Assembly: GCF_009914755.1 (NCBI RefSeq)
Contig: NC_060925.1
Reading direction: 5' to 3' (one strand)
Origin: the human T2T-CHM13v2.0 reference genome, Homo sapiens
DNA: 64,000 nt
The notes below the pieces were generated by a model. The model searched no databases. It was not told the DNA's origin and saw nothing but the letters and a program-made list of their open reading frames with translations. Below, piece by piece: positions 51,621 through 64,000 of the stretch (position 1 is its first letter; the number at the start of each line of letters is the position of its first letter). The translations under genes were made by a program, and so were the position numbers.

Positions 51621-52261
51621 CTGTGGCACAGACTTACATAAGGCATATGCAGAGAAATAACAGGATTTCTGGGAAGCAGCACTTAAAGGCTTATTTTTTT
51701 AAAACTGCATTGCTATATTTAGGGAAATGATTCAGAAGACACCCCCACTCCATCACATGCACACCTCTCTGTCTAGTGTTCCATGCACGTTTGACTGTTT
51801 TTCTTGGCATTTTATGTTTTTCTAATTTCAGTATAGGGTTTTGCATCTCTCCATAAAGGTTTTTTCTGTAGCAATCATTTTTGCGTTTTTTTTTTTTTTT
51901 TTTTTTTACAGGTGATGTGATGGCTTGGGCTCTCATGAATAAAATATAAAGCAGCGTATGACATCTCCTCACATGGATCAAAAGTTTGGGAACTGCATGG
52001 TTCATGAGGGAAAATGTGTTCTCTAAAGGCCTGGGGAGGTTTGGGGTAATTCTTCTTGTCACAGGACATGAATCTTTGAAATGTCAAGCTAAAAACAAGC
52101 TCTTGACATCATATTAGTGCTATTGGCTCATTCAGCAGGTTCTCTCCCCATTGCCTGGGATGCAGAGGCTGTGGTGATTTTCTGTGGAAAAAAGCACAGC
52201 AAGGAGAGGTCTAGGTTCTAATCCCAGAAACACTGATAATAAAGTAAATGTCTCTGAGTGT

Positions 52262-52465
<204 letters not shown>

Positions 52466-53015
52466 TAAAATGAGAGGATTGAATGGTATCAGCCCTTCCC
52501 ACACCGACTCACAGAACTCTAGTGAGAATACACAATATACACGTATGTCCCTTCTTTTGGTCATTCATAAGGCTCAATAGCACTTTAAAGACTCAGTATG
52601 TTCTATAATAGTAATAAAACTTTGTTGATTACATTATTTTCCAAACTAACTTGCCCATGAAACAGCCCCTGAACCTCTCTCTTTCCTCTTCCCCGACACC
52701 CTTTAACCTCTATCTCATTGGGCCCTAGTGTTCTAAGGAACCTATTAACTAGATGATTTTGTGGGCTCCTTTCAGCTCCAGATTCAATTTGGTTCTGCCA
52801 TAAGGCCCTACTTCTTGCCAAACATGTGCTCGTGCAATGAGAAGGGACATGTCCCCTGCCTCCAAGCTGCTCACAGTCATGGTCTATTCCGGTCCCTGTG
52901 ATAGAAGAGCAAGTTGTCTAATTAGCTGAGGACATCACTTTGAAGGGTGAGCAGAATGCCCAGAAGCTGAAGATTGCTTATAGTTCATTGGCTAATAGCT
53001 TGCTCTGTGCTTTAG

Positions 53016-53188
53016 ATGTTTCCTTGTGAGTTCACCAGAAATATGTGAATCTATGATGAAATATTAAAGAGAAACTGGGTCATTGTTTTCCCAAAAAATC
53101 CCCTGAGAGAGCTCTGTGCTGATTTTGGAGAAGACCATGATCAAATGTGCCCATTGGGATAAAATGATGGTCGCCAAGGATCACGCAG
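53016..53188 (+). other. Candidate non-coding exon (+)
   Basis: ttgctctgtgctttAG|atg... and perfect donor gcag|GTAAGT. Confidence 0.3.
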
Positions 53189-54168
53189 GTAAGTGTCGGG
53201 AGCTTCTGCCCAGGATGGGCATGTCTGAAATCATTTGAGGGGAAAAATTGCACAGAGAACAGGAAGATTCTTGTTTGGTGGTAGAGCAGCTTTAAATTTG
53301 TTCCAGAATATTTTATGAAAACATTTCTCTGATTTGGGATTCTCTCTTCTGGACAAAGCAAATGCAAATCTGCCTCAAGCTTTACCACTAATGGTACCAC
53401 CCACCAAGTCTCCATATGGCCCCGTGACTAAGGACATTTGTTTTAACTTTAAAGTGGTCCCTAACTGTGCCATAGGCACAGTAGTACATGATATCAAGCT
53501 ACTAGAGATATGGCTTGGGGGGGAAGAGAGAGAAAGGAAAAGCAGGCAGAAATGCTGCTTTGTGCTACACTGATGACAGATGGATCACCTATGGCATGTG
53601 GAACATTTCCTAAACCACAGCTCGCTTCTAACAAGAATGCAGAAAGAAGGGCTCTCTCTGCCCTTCTTCCAATATAGTGTTAACAGAGATGACATTTGAT
53701 TTGGAAGAGGAGTAAATAAAAATGAAACAAAAATGTGGGGAGACTGTGGGATTGGAGGAAGGCAACTGATGAGCAATCAGACCACAAGGTGATAACACTG
53801 AGCACATGTAAATTAGAGAGAATTTCAGTAGAGATGGATTCAATTTCAAATCCAGGGAAATCAAATGCCCACTCCTGCTACCCCCCATATGTGTGGCAGC
53901 AGGCAGAAGAGAACATTGTTCCCTAAAAGGAGAGTGGGATGTTAGAGAAGTGGGAGAGAGAGAAATAGGAGCTATTCTGCGACTGTGTGTTTCCTAAACT
54001 GGATGACCACAGGTGCTGCAGGGAGCCGTGCTAAGCCTGCCTAGGGAGGGGCACTTGATTTCCTGATTAGCCTTCTCATCAGGCTTCTGTGAAGCTGGAG
54101 AGGTGGGCTGCTTTATGCTGCTGCAGCTTTGGCAGGCTGATGTCTTTCAGGGAGAAAATGGGAGTACA

Positions 54169-54185
54169 GCCAGCAGGCAGCGCCA
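54169..54185 (+). promoter_or_regulatory. Candidate CTCF motif
   Basis: gccagcaggcagcgcca resembles the CCASCAGRKGGCRC core; lies in a locally GC-richer unique segment. Confidence 0.35.
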
Positions 54186-55459
54186 GCATGGCGTTGAGGC
54201 CCAGTGGGCACTCAGGTCCTAGGGTGCAAGGAGAGCCAAGCAACTGCTGAATCTTAACTCCTCTATGAATCCCCTTTCTAACATTACCTCCTTCCTGTCT
54301 TGCCCCTCCTTTCACAGCCCATTTTCCAATCTTGTTGAGATGTTGGATTTTTCTTTCCTTTTTTGTTTTCCCTCTCCTCTTCTTGGCCCATTTTCTCACT
54401 GTCCCGCTCAGACCCACAGCCAGTCTCGCCAGCAACTGTCTTGTCAGCACATTACATAACTTTGTGTCTTTGTCTTTATCCTGTGCTCACTCTGCAGACT
54501 TTAACCCCAAGAAAACCCAGCAAATGTTTCACTTTTCTGCTTACATGGCTGATTGCTAAAGAATCTGTTTCAGCTGAGTTCCCCAGCATCCCTGGCATTC
54601 CTTTCCCTTGATACTCCTGCCTCCCTTTTCCTTGTAGAGGCCACTTGGCATTACCCTACCCCCTTCCCAAGCCCTTTATTACTCCTGCTTTCCCCACCTT
54701 AGCTCCCCATCTTAGCAGATGGCCTTGCTTCTATCTGCACACAGGGCAATAGAAAGGGAAACCAGGCAGCTGGATCTTGTTTCATGGAAGATCTTTTCAT
54801 CAGTGGAAAGCCTTAATGAACTTGGATTTACAAAGGAAGGCTTAGACCAGAAAGGAGAGTAAGGGATAGGAACAGTTGCCTAACATAATAGAGTGGAAAA
54901 AAATCGCATTCTGAAGGACAACAAGGAGAGGAATAGGGAGGAGTCGGCAAGTTGGCCAAAGTTAACTGACACTCAGGAGAAGCCCCAAGTGCAAAATCCC
55001 AGTGGGGAAAACAAAGGCTTTTAAGAACAAGAGTGAATAAATACCCCTTGTCTGCCTCCCATCAAAAGCCTCTGTACAGTCTACCACAAATACAAGCGCT
55101 TTGTGAGAATGTGGTTTTGTAGAATTTAAGGAAGGAACACTTTTCTATCTGGGGCAATGAAGCGTAGACATAAGAGCGCTATGATTGAGACCCAGAGGAA
55201 TCTATGAAAACACGAGCCCTGGGACTCTGTAGAAATTTTGGGAAGGCCTTAATAACTTTCACTTGTTTGAAATACTGAAGCACTCTTATCTCAGTTTAAA
55301 GGGAAAGAGAGGACCCCCACAAATGGATATCTGGATTAAACAAAAACAAAAACAAAAAACATGCCTTCAAGAGTAAATTTCTTCAACTTTGCCCCCATTC
55401 CACAAACGTATCTTCAGCTATACCTATGTTACCTCAGTCTCATTCATCTCAAAGAAGAG

Positions 55460-55700
55460 GTATAGAGGCAGTGTGATTTGAGAGAAAAAGAACAAACGTG
55501 AACAAACACACCTGAACAAAACTAAACAAAAAGAAAAAACAGATTTGGCTTTTGAATCTGAACTCAAACCTGACTAGCTGTGTGGCTTTGGGCAAGTTGC
55601 TTAACCTCTCTGAGCTAAGGTCAACTTTCTCATCTATAAAATGAGGAATAAAACCCTTTTAGAGTTGTTAGGTTTAAAAGACAATGTATGATAGTAACCC
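55460..55700 (+). mobile_element. MIR
   Basis: actagctgtgtggctttgggcaagttgcttaacctctctgagc...ctcatctataaaatgaggaataa. Confidence 0.85.
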
Positions 55701-55739
55701 CATGGTCCCTCCCTAAGAGAGCTCAAGCAAAAGCTCTAC

Positions 55740-57240
55740 CCCAGCTCTAAGATCCCAGTTCTTCTACCTGCCAAGGACAGGGGCCAGCAGGAAGCCCCAG
55801 ACACTCATGACTCCATACCCTCAAATGCTCACAGCTCAACACTCAGAGTTTCTCATCAACATCTGCCTTGAGTCCACTGGAACCAATCTCATTATGGCGT
55901 TTGTCCCTGTTTGTGTTACTTGCCCCAAGAAGCTGCTGGTTCCCAGGACACTCTCACTTCCCATCTTTTTATCCCTATATGACTCTCTACAACCTAATTC
56001 TATCCCCACATCCCACCCCTCCTGAGCTCCCCAAACCTTCCACTGTGCCCTCTTGAATTCATGATCCATCATTAGCAAAAAATCCCTCTGCCTCCAGCCT
56101 CTTCTCTGAACATTCACTTTCTTGCTCTAATCAAAACTTGGCTCTCCCCAGAGGACACTGCCTCCAGTAGCGCAGAGGCTGCTTTTCCTCCCACGGCCCT
56201 CAGACTTCTGGGCTTGAAGGCAGGATGAGGTCCTCCTTGCTGCTCATCACAACTTCCAGACCATTCTCCCTCTCTCCTCCCAAAATACCCCTGCTTTGAA
56301 TCATATGTCATCCGACTATATCACCCACTACCCTTCATTGCAGCTATAACTTACTGACATTTGTCTCACTGTCATTTTCTTCAACATTACTTCTATCTCG
56401 ATTTTTCGTGATTTTAATATACCACCTGAAGAAACTTCATGTGTCATGGCCACTCACTTCACTAAATGTCCCTGCATTGGTGATCTTGTCCTCCACCCTC
56501 CCTCATTACTCTCATGGTGACACCCTGGGCCTTATCATAACAAATTACTGTGACTATTCCATGATACTCCCTCTGTGATCGCCCTTATATTTTTAGCTCT
56601 TTCTAAAGCCCTAGATCCAAAAAATCCTCTGCACCCCCCTCCACAGAACCTATAATCCATTGATCCTGCCACCTTTTTACTGTCCCCACCCACTTTATGT
56701 CCTCTTCTCTTCCCTCCTAAACCAGCTTAGATCCATAGTCAGTCATTAGTCACTTCTGTGTATATATCCTCACTTTCCATGTCCCTGTTGTTTCATTACA
56801 TTTGCTTGGCTAAACTCCAAATTTGATTATTTCTCATTTTTGCTGCTTTGGCCTATGAAGTCAGTCCAGCTAGAAGTGGCTGGAAACATAAAAAACCATG
56901 CTGGCATGTCTTGCTTTAAATTCAACTCTTGACCTCAAGGAGGTCCATAAAGCTGCCTGACAACCACACTGTATTTCCCTAGTACATTCACCCTCCCACT
57001 CTACTAGATGAGTATTTCGCACCTTCTTCTTTCTCCTCACACATCCAACACCTCTGCCCCCACTCGCAGCAGACAACCTTGCTTCTTACTTTCCTGGCAA
57101 AATTGGAGCAATCAGAAGAGAACTTCCACAAACTCCCACTCCCTCAATCTACCCACCTTCCACCATCTGCACCCATATATTCTGCCTTCCTGCTGTTACT
57201 AAAGATGAACCCTATGCTCCTCTTTGAAGCCAATCTTTCC
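55740..57240 (+). mobile_element. L2 body including degenerate endonuclease region
   Basis: C-rich strand; cttgctctaatcaaaacttggctc (LALxxTWL-like APE motif); agacaaccttgcttcttacttt...aattggagcaatcaga. Confidence 0.75.
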
Positions 57241-58470
57241 CTCACATAATTAAGAACACCTGACTGGGGTAAGTTGAGTGTGTATGTGTTGAAACTGTGT
57301 GTGCTTTTAATTTCTTCCTGTTATAAACAAGACTGTTATGAATAACTTAATGCCAAATATGCTGAATTTTGGATCATTTCCTTAGAATGGATTCCCAAAA
57401 AGATGTAAGGATGAGGGCAAACCATATTTCTATTTTCATGGTAATATAGTATGTGCTGAGGGGAGTGGGAATCAGGGGAATAAGCTATCTCTGGCTCACT
57501 GTTGCATATGAGAGGGAAAAATTAACCTTATGAAAGAAAAACTTAAAATAGAGCTAAGCTACAATGAAAACATGAATAACACTTAGCAAATATATCTGAG
57601 TTTATATGTTACAATGCAGTTAATCCAAATGATAACTTTTACATCTATTCCTTTCTCCAAAAAAGTCAATTTTTTAAGTTTACAATTTTGTTCAGAAACC
57701 AAATAACAAAGCAACAAAAACTAAAATATTAATTTTTGCTTGTACTATTGGTGCCAATTCACAGAAAACAATTCTGGAAAGGAGTTTTAGTGATGTGATG
57801 TGATTTTTCTCATCAATAAGTATTCCTGAAATTGAATTACTAAACCTTCTTAATATTTCAAGAATTGCATAAGCACCTACAGAATTCCATGAAATCTTTG
57901 CTGATATTAGAGGGAGGTGAGTGGAAAGAAAATCAAATCATGTCTGTTGGCCACTTTCTTGCTGTACTTGTATAGATTTTAGTAATTCATAGTGAGCAGT
58001 GTTGGCACTTCCTTATAATTATTTTATTCATATTTTTCCATTACAAAAGCAATATATCTCCAGGTAAAAGAGGTAATTTATCATTTATTTTCTAAAAGAA
58101 ATTTCTTCTCTGTTCCTACATGCCGTCAAGTCTCAGTGAAGGAATAAAAATACATAAATCCCACAAGAAACAAGAGAACACACAAGCAAACCACAGATAA
58201 GAAGAAAATTTGGCAAGTTTGAAAGATCTCATTTATGTCAAGTCCAAATACCAGATGGAGGAGTAGTGACTGACTGCAGAGTGGAGTAAGCCCAGCCCAC
58301 ATGCCTACAGCAGAAAGGTAACTTGCCCAATGGGTTCCTGGGAGGACTTAGCATTTGGAAGACCCAGGCACTGCCAAAGATGAGGATGAGGCATAAGACT
58401 AAAAATAGAGGGCTTGGTTGAAATCTGTATGTAGTTGGATCCTCCCAAATCCCCTTCTCAAAACTACACA

Positions 58471-58805
<335 letters not shown>

Positions 58806-59337
58806 CTAACCCTGCAAAAGATCAGAAGTTGATTCTCTAACAAAATCGAATAAGGCTTCCAAATGTGGGGACACCAGGCATTGAAAATGCAGAATTTAGT
58901 GAAAGTTTGCACTTTAAATAATGAGACTCTTCCCACACCTTGCCCTCACAATACAGACGTATATATGTGCCATCCCACCTCCCAAAATATTGGAGGATTA
59001 TTCTATTTGGATATTGAATAGCCCCCAAAGGATTTCGTGTACTGACACATGTGGGTCTCTCAATAAAGAGCTAACCCCTGCTTAACGGGCTACAAGACCC
59101 ATCCATGCTTACGAAATTTTGTATCAAATTTTTAATACCTTATTTTTAAATTGAATGGTCAAAAAGCATAGGATACTTAAGGAGAGCCTCTAACATCCAA
59201 AAGAGAAACAACAAACAGGAAAAAGGAATTAGAAGAAAAACAGATTATACCAGCAAGGCATTATTATAATACTGAGAGGAGAAAAAATACTGCATTCATG
59301 AAGCAAGACAGAATGCCATGAACAAAAGAAAAAGCAT

Positions 59338-59713
59338 TGTATTAAAATATAATAGGCTATGCTGTAGCAACACTCAATTTTCAATGATTGAGGACAACTA
59401 AAGTTTATTTCTCATTTATAGCAAGTCCAAAGCAATTATAAGTTGTTCTCCTTTATCTGGAACTCAGAGATGCAAGCTCCCTTGATTTTAAGACACCACC
59501 ATTTTTACATGTGGCTTACAAGGACACCAGAGCAGGAGGCAAGAGGGATGGACCCAGGCACAGTAGCTTTTACCTGCCTCAGCCTGAAAGTGACTTATGT
59601 CACTTCTTCTCACAGACCACTCACCAGAACTAGTCACATGGCTCCAATCTAACGAAAGCCAGGAAATGTAGAAAAGCACATGGAATATTTGTTGAGCTCC
59701 ACATGTCTGCAAC
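59338..59713. mobile_element. MLT1-type MaLR solo LTR
   Basis: tg...taggctatgctg, aaagtttatttctc, gtcacttcttctcaca...ccagaactagtcacatggc...ca. Confidence 0.7.
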
Positions 59714-59824
59714 AGGAACTATCAGAGAACAAGAAAGAGCTCATGAAAATGAATAATGATAGCTGAAATTAAAGATTCAGTAGAAAATGTAGAAGATAAA
59801 CTTGAGAAAACCTATCAGGAGATA

Positions 59825-60031
59825 CAGTTGACCCTTGAACAACACAGGTTTGAACTGGGAAGATCCACTTATGAGCAGATGGAAAATATAGTATTTGAGG
59901 AATACAAAAGGTGCTTACACTTTTTCTGTATGCAGATTTCAAAAGACCAACTGTGGAACTTGCATATATGTGAATTTTGGCATACAAGGGGGTCCTGAAA
60001 ACGATCCCCTGTGCATCCTGAGGGATGACTA
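59825..60031. mobile_element. Tigger2-derived MITE (MER8-like)
   Basis: ta|cagttgacccttgaacaacacaggtttgaactg ... gggggtcctgaaaacgatcccctgtgcatcctgagggatgacta|ta; TA target duplication. Confidence 0.8.
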
Positions 60032-61330
60032 TACATTTTTAAATCACAGAGAAACTTAAAGAGGTTTATAATCCATCCAATTATTAGGAATTATGAAGAT
60101 TGCAGACAAAAAGAATGGGAAGAAATTTTCTATAAATACCAAAAAATCATCCACAAACTAAAACATGCAAGTCTCCAAATTAAAAAGGTCCACTAACACA
60201 GACACTCACCCTTTGGGCAAAAGCTATGATGAGGAGTCATGTGACACATGACCCAACAGCCTGTGGTTGAAACAACAAACCATCAGAGGTATGGCCTGCA
60301 CTTGGTTTAATGGAAGGAAGCGGGATGACTGGCAAGTACCTTGCAGAGCCTGTTTAGTTTAGTATAAGGTGTCATGCCTTTTGTTTATCACTTAACTTTG
60401 TATAATAATTGTATTTCCATGGAACTTGATGACCTTCACAACTATTACATTTATTGGTTACAAATATCCTATACAACAGACACGCCATATTTTACTTAAC
60501 CCTCCCACTAGTTAGACTTTAATGTTGCTTCCAATCTTTTATTGTTCTAAATAAGATCGTTGTGACTATCTGAGTAAAGTTTTAAATGATTTCTTTAGGA
60601 GGGGCACCCTAAAGCTGTAAAGAATGGGAGCAAACCTTATTACATTTCCATGATTCTTGGTGGATTTTACAGAAATCAACTTCTACAATTATTATACCAA
60701 CTTCTAACGCATGCAAGCATAAATGCACATGCAGTCATTGGCATTGTTTTTATTGAAAAATATTTTGCTAACTTAGGAGGAAATGGATTTGTATACATTT
60801 CTGTATATTTGCATATAAGTTCATTTTAATGAATTATCTGTCTGTAAACATCACTTATGTATCCATTCAGTGCTTAGTGCTTTTCCTATTACTTTGTAGA
60901 AATACTCTATATTGATCCATCAGTTACTTATTTGCCTTTTAATAGATCTGTCCTTAAAATCTTTAAATCAGTTGATCCCCTTTTAATGATTACTACTAAT
61001 CATATATTTCTCTAGAAATTTCACAATTACTTGTTTCACTGTGATTAAATTTTGTAAATGCAGGTCCTTAGTAAAATATGCTCAGTATTATTTGATGAGT
61101 GCCTCCTACATTTCAGGCATTGGAGGTACAAGATGAGCAGAAATGGTCCTGCCTCCAGCAGTTTACAGAACTGATGCTTCCTACAAATTGTTAATCCCAG
61201 CTCCATCACTGAGCAGAATGCTTTTCCCACTGCTGTCTCATGTAAAAAATTCTTATATGTAAATGCATTCTATTTTTAGCTGTTTTTCCTGTTTTTTCTT
61301 GTGTAAGAACTATAGTTTTAATTATTGTAA

Positions 61331-61594
<264 letters not shown>

Positions 61595-61692
61595 TAATGT
61601 CAAGTAGGTAGAAAATAGTTGAAGTCCTTACATTATTTGGATGTTTCAATTCACAGTATGGTAGGGTTCTCTATTTATAAAGTTTATAGTTT

Positions 61693-61994
<302 letters not shown>

Positions 61995-62414
61995 TTTAAG
62001 TTTATAGTTTAATACTTGTTGAGTATCTGGCAAAGTGTTGCCTGTTGTTTAATAGTGCTTAATATTGTCTTTGTGGTACTGTATCCAAGTTCAATGATGA
62101 GAGAATAAAAGGCCAACTTATGAACAAAGGAAAATAAAGGTAGGTGTGAGTACTACATTTATCTTTGTAACTTTTAATAAACCAGTTAAATATCCTAAAC
62201 TTTTATACCTTTTTAATAGTTTTAGACTCTTGCAAAGTTATTGGATTTTGTTTTGTTGTTGGTTTATTTAACATTCAGAGGTGTGTGTGTTTTATGGCAT
62301 GCAGGGGTGGCAATGTCTGCCAGTGATATCTTGAGATTCAGAGATAATATTAACCAACTGAGAAGAAGGGCTGCAGTTTATACTTGTTGATTCTGGTGGA
62401 ATCCTGAGACCTGT

Positions 62415-62830
62415 CCACCTATTGCTAACTAAAAAGCATTTTGTAACTCAGTGGCCTAAGACAAAAATAATTTACTGTTGCTCATATTCAGTTTGTCAAC
62501 TGGGGTTCAGCAGATCTGGACTGGGCTCTGCTTCTCACTACAGCTCTACAGATCAGCTGGCAGGGTAAGAGGAGGCAAGGTCTGCTTTAAGCTGCCAGTG
62601 GTGGGAGCAGATTTGTATCACATGAGTCTTATCCTCCCTACCCTGGGCATGTCCTTCTCATGGCAAATGGTGAAAGTGCAAGAGAGCAAATGGAAATGCA
62701 AAGCAAGCAACAGGACTAAGCCCAAAGTCAAGCCCCACTCACAATGAGGCCATGACAAGGATGTGAATGCAGTGAATGGGGCAGAGAATGCAGATAATGG
62801 GGCAAAGAATTGGGACCAATGATACCACGA
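62415..62830. mobile_element. MLT1-type MaLR solo LTR
   Basis: aactcagtggcctaagacaa, catgtccttctcatggcaaatgg, aagcccaaagtcaag, aagaattgggaccaatga. Confidence 0.65.
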
Positions 62831-63865
62831 ACTCATGTAGGAAAGAAGGAACTGGAGAGGAAAGATCCATAAGACCAAGGGAAGATTGGGATACGAGGAA
62901 GTAGAGAAGTAAGACAAGCACTCTGTAAATAGTTAAGCCTACAGGAGATCAGTGGGGTTTCTGCTATCATCTAGGCAAGGAGTTCAGGACATGGAAAAGG
63001 AGTGATGACAAGAACTTCATCAATTCTTAACTTCTTCCAAGTCTGTGACCCAGTAGTAAAGAGCACTACAACCTTTTAAACAAAAGGCTATGTGTTTGTT
63101 CTTGGGGACTGCAAGAAGGCAGCTGTAGTCTTTTTGTAGAGACTCACTCTGCATTCAGTCACAGGAAAGTACTTTACACAATTAAAATGGAGACTGGTTG
63201 AGATTAACCTCTTTTCAGATTGCTTCTGTTCTGGGCTGCTGGCCTTAGGTGGCCTTCTGGGGAGGGTAAAAATCCTATGCAGCAGTGGAGCTCTCCCCTG
63301 CTCCATTTCTTTTCCTCCTGGTGATATATCCCTGGAATGTTTTGGAGAAGTTTAAGGATCTGTGTGAACATGAGGGAGAGGAGTAGATTCTCAAAGACTT
63401 GGTATAATTCAGATTAGATTTTCCCTCTCTCTGTGCAGAGATTTTGCTCCCTCTCAGTCTTCTCCTAAAGCTGGACTCAGGAAGAGCCAGCTGGCAAACA
63501 AGCTTTTAGGGGGAAGAAAGATTATACTTTCCAGTCAGAATAGGGGGAGTTTCTGGTTCCCCACATTTCTCCACAAAGCTTAAATCTGTTTTTATCCCCA
63601 ACTGTGAGTCATACTTATTGTTTGTAAGGTATCTATTTTAAACCATTTAAAAACAAGATTTGATATATTATAAGCTCTTACCGAAATGTATAAATTTGTT
63701 AATTGGCATAATTATTTGAAAGCCCTGCTTAATAGTAGAAATTTAAAGTAATCTACTAGCTACTTACATTCTCACTCTACTCTACAACCCAAAATGTAAT
63801 CAGACACCCAACCCATTTTAAGAAATTAACTCTATGTCTAATTGGTCTATTTAAAAATTCCCAAG

Positions 63866-63900
63866 TTCATGAATTCATGAATGTCTTTCATGAAAGACAT
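63866..63900. repeat. Two abutting perfect palindromes (16 and 20 bp)
   Basis: ttcatgaattcatgaa (63866-63881) and atgtctttcatgaaagacat (63881-63900). Confidence 0.9.
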
Positions 63901-64000
63901 AGGTACTCTTGGGGAAGATAATTTTGTCATAAGTTTATGATAAGTAATGATACCACATCCAGCACAGCAGTTGCAATTAGGAATACTATTTGGTTTCATA

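Overview
Hominoid (human or great-ape) genomic DNA; the SVA insertion restricts it to hominoids. Roughly 70-75% is transposon-derived. It contains two near-full-length decayed L1PA elements (23540-29783 on -, 41632-48910 on +), a 5'-inverted L1PA (10275-14540), several nested L1 3' fragments, two full-length THE1 LTR elements in opposite orientation, a 5'-truncated SVA, about 12 Alus, and old HAL1/L1M, L2, MIR, CR1, MLT1 and DNA-transposon remnants. I recognise no protein-coding gene, structural RNA gene or CRISPR array, and most ORFs in the track are repeat-derived. The most notable unexplained signals are: (i) a ~97-bp non-repeat cassette with a complete 3'ss / 56-nt exon / 5'ss inserted into a HAL1 element (850-946); (ii) two minus-strand exon-like segments (51498-51620 and 51091-51151) that splice into a stop-free frame, among other exon-like elements on both strands, suggesting lncRNA or microprotein transcription; (iii) an SVA insertion with no TSD and ~110 bp of target missing; (iv) several templated or inverted duplication scars, including a 27-bp hairpin. 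Repeat subfamily names come from my recollection of consensus sequences and need RepeatMasker/Dfam confirmation. I found no convincing new biological system.
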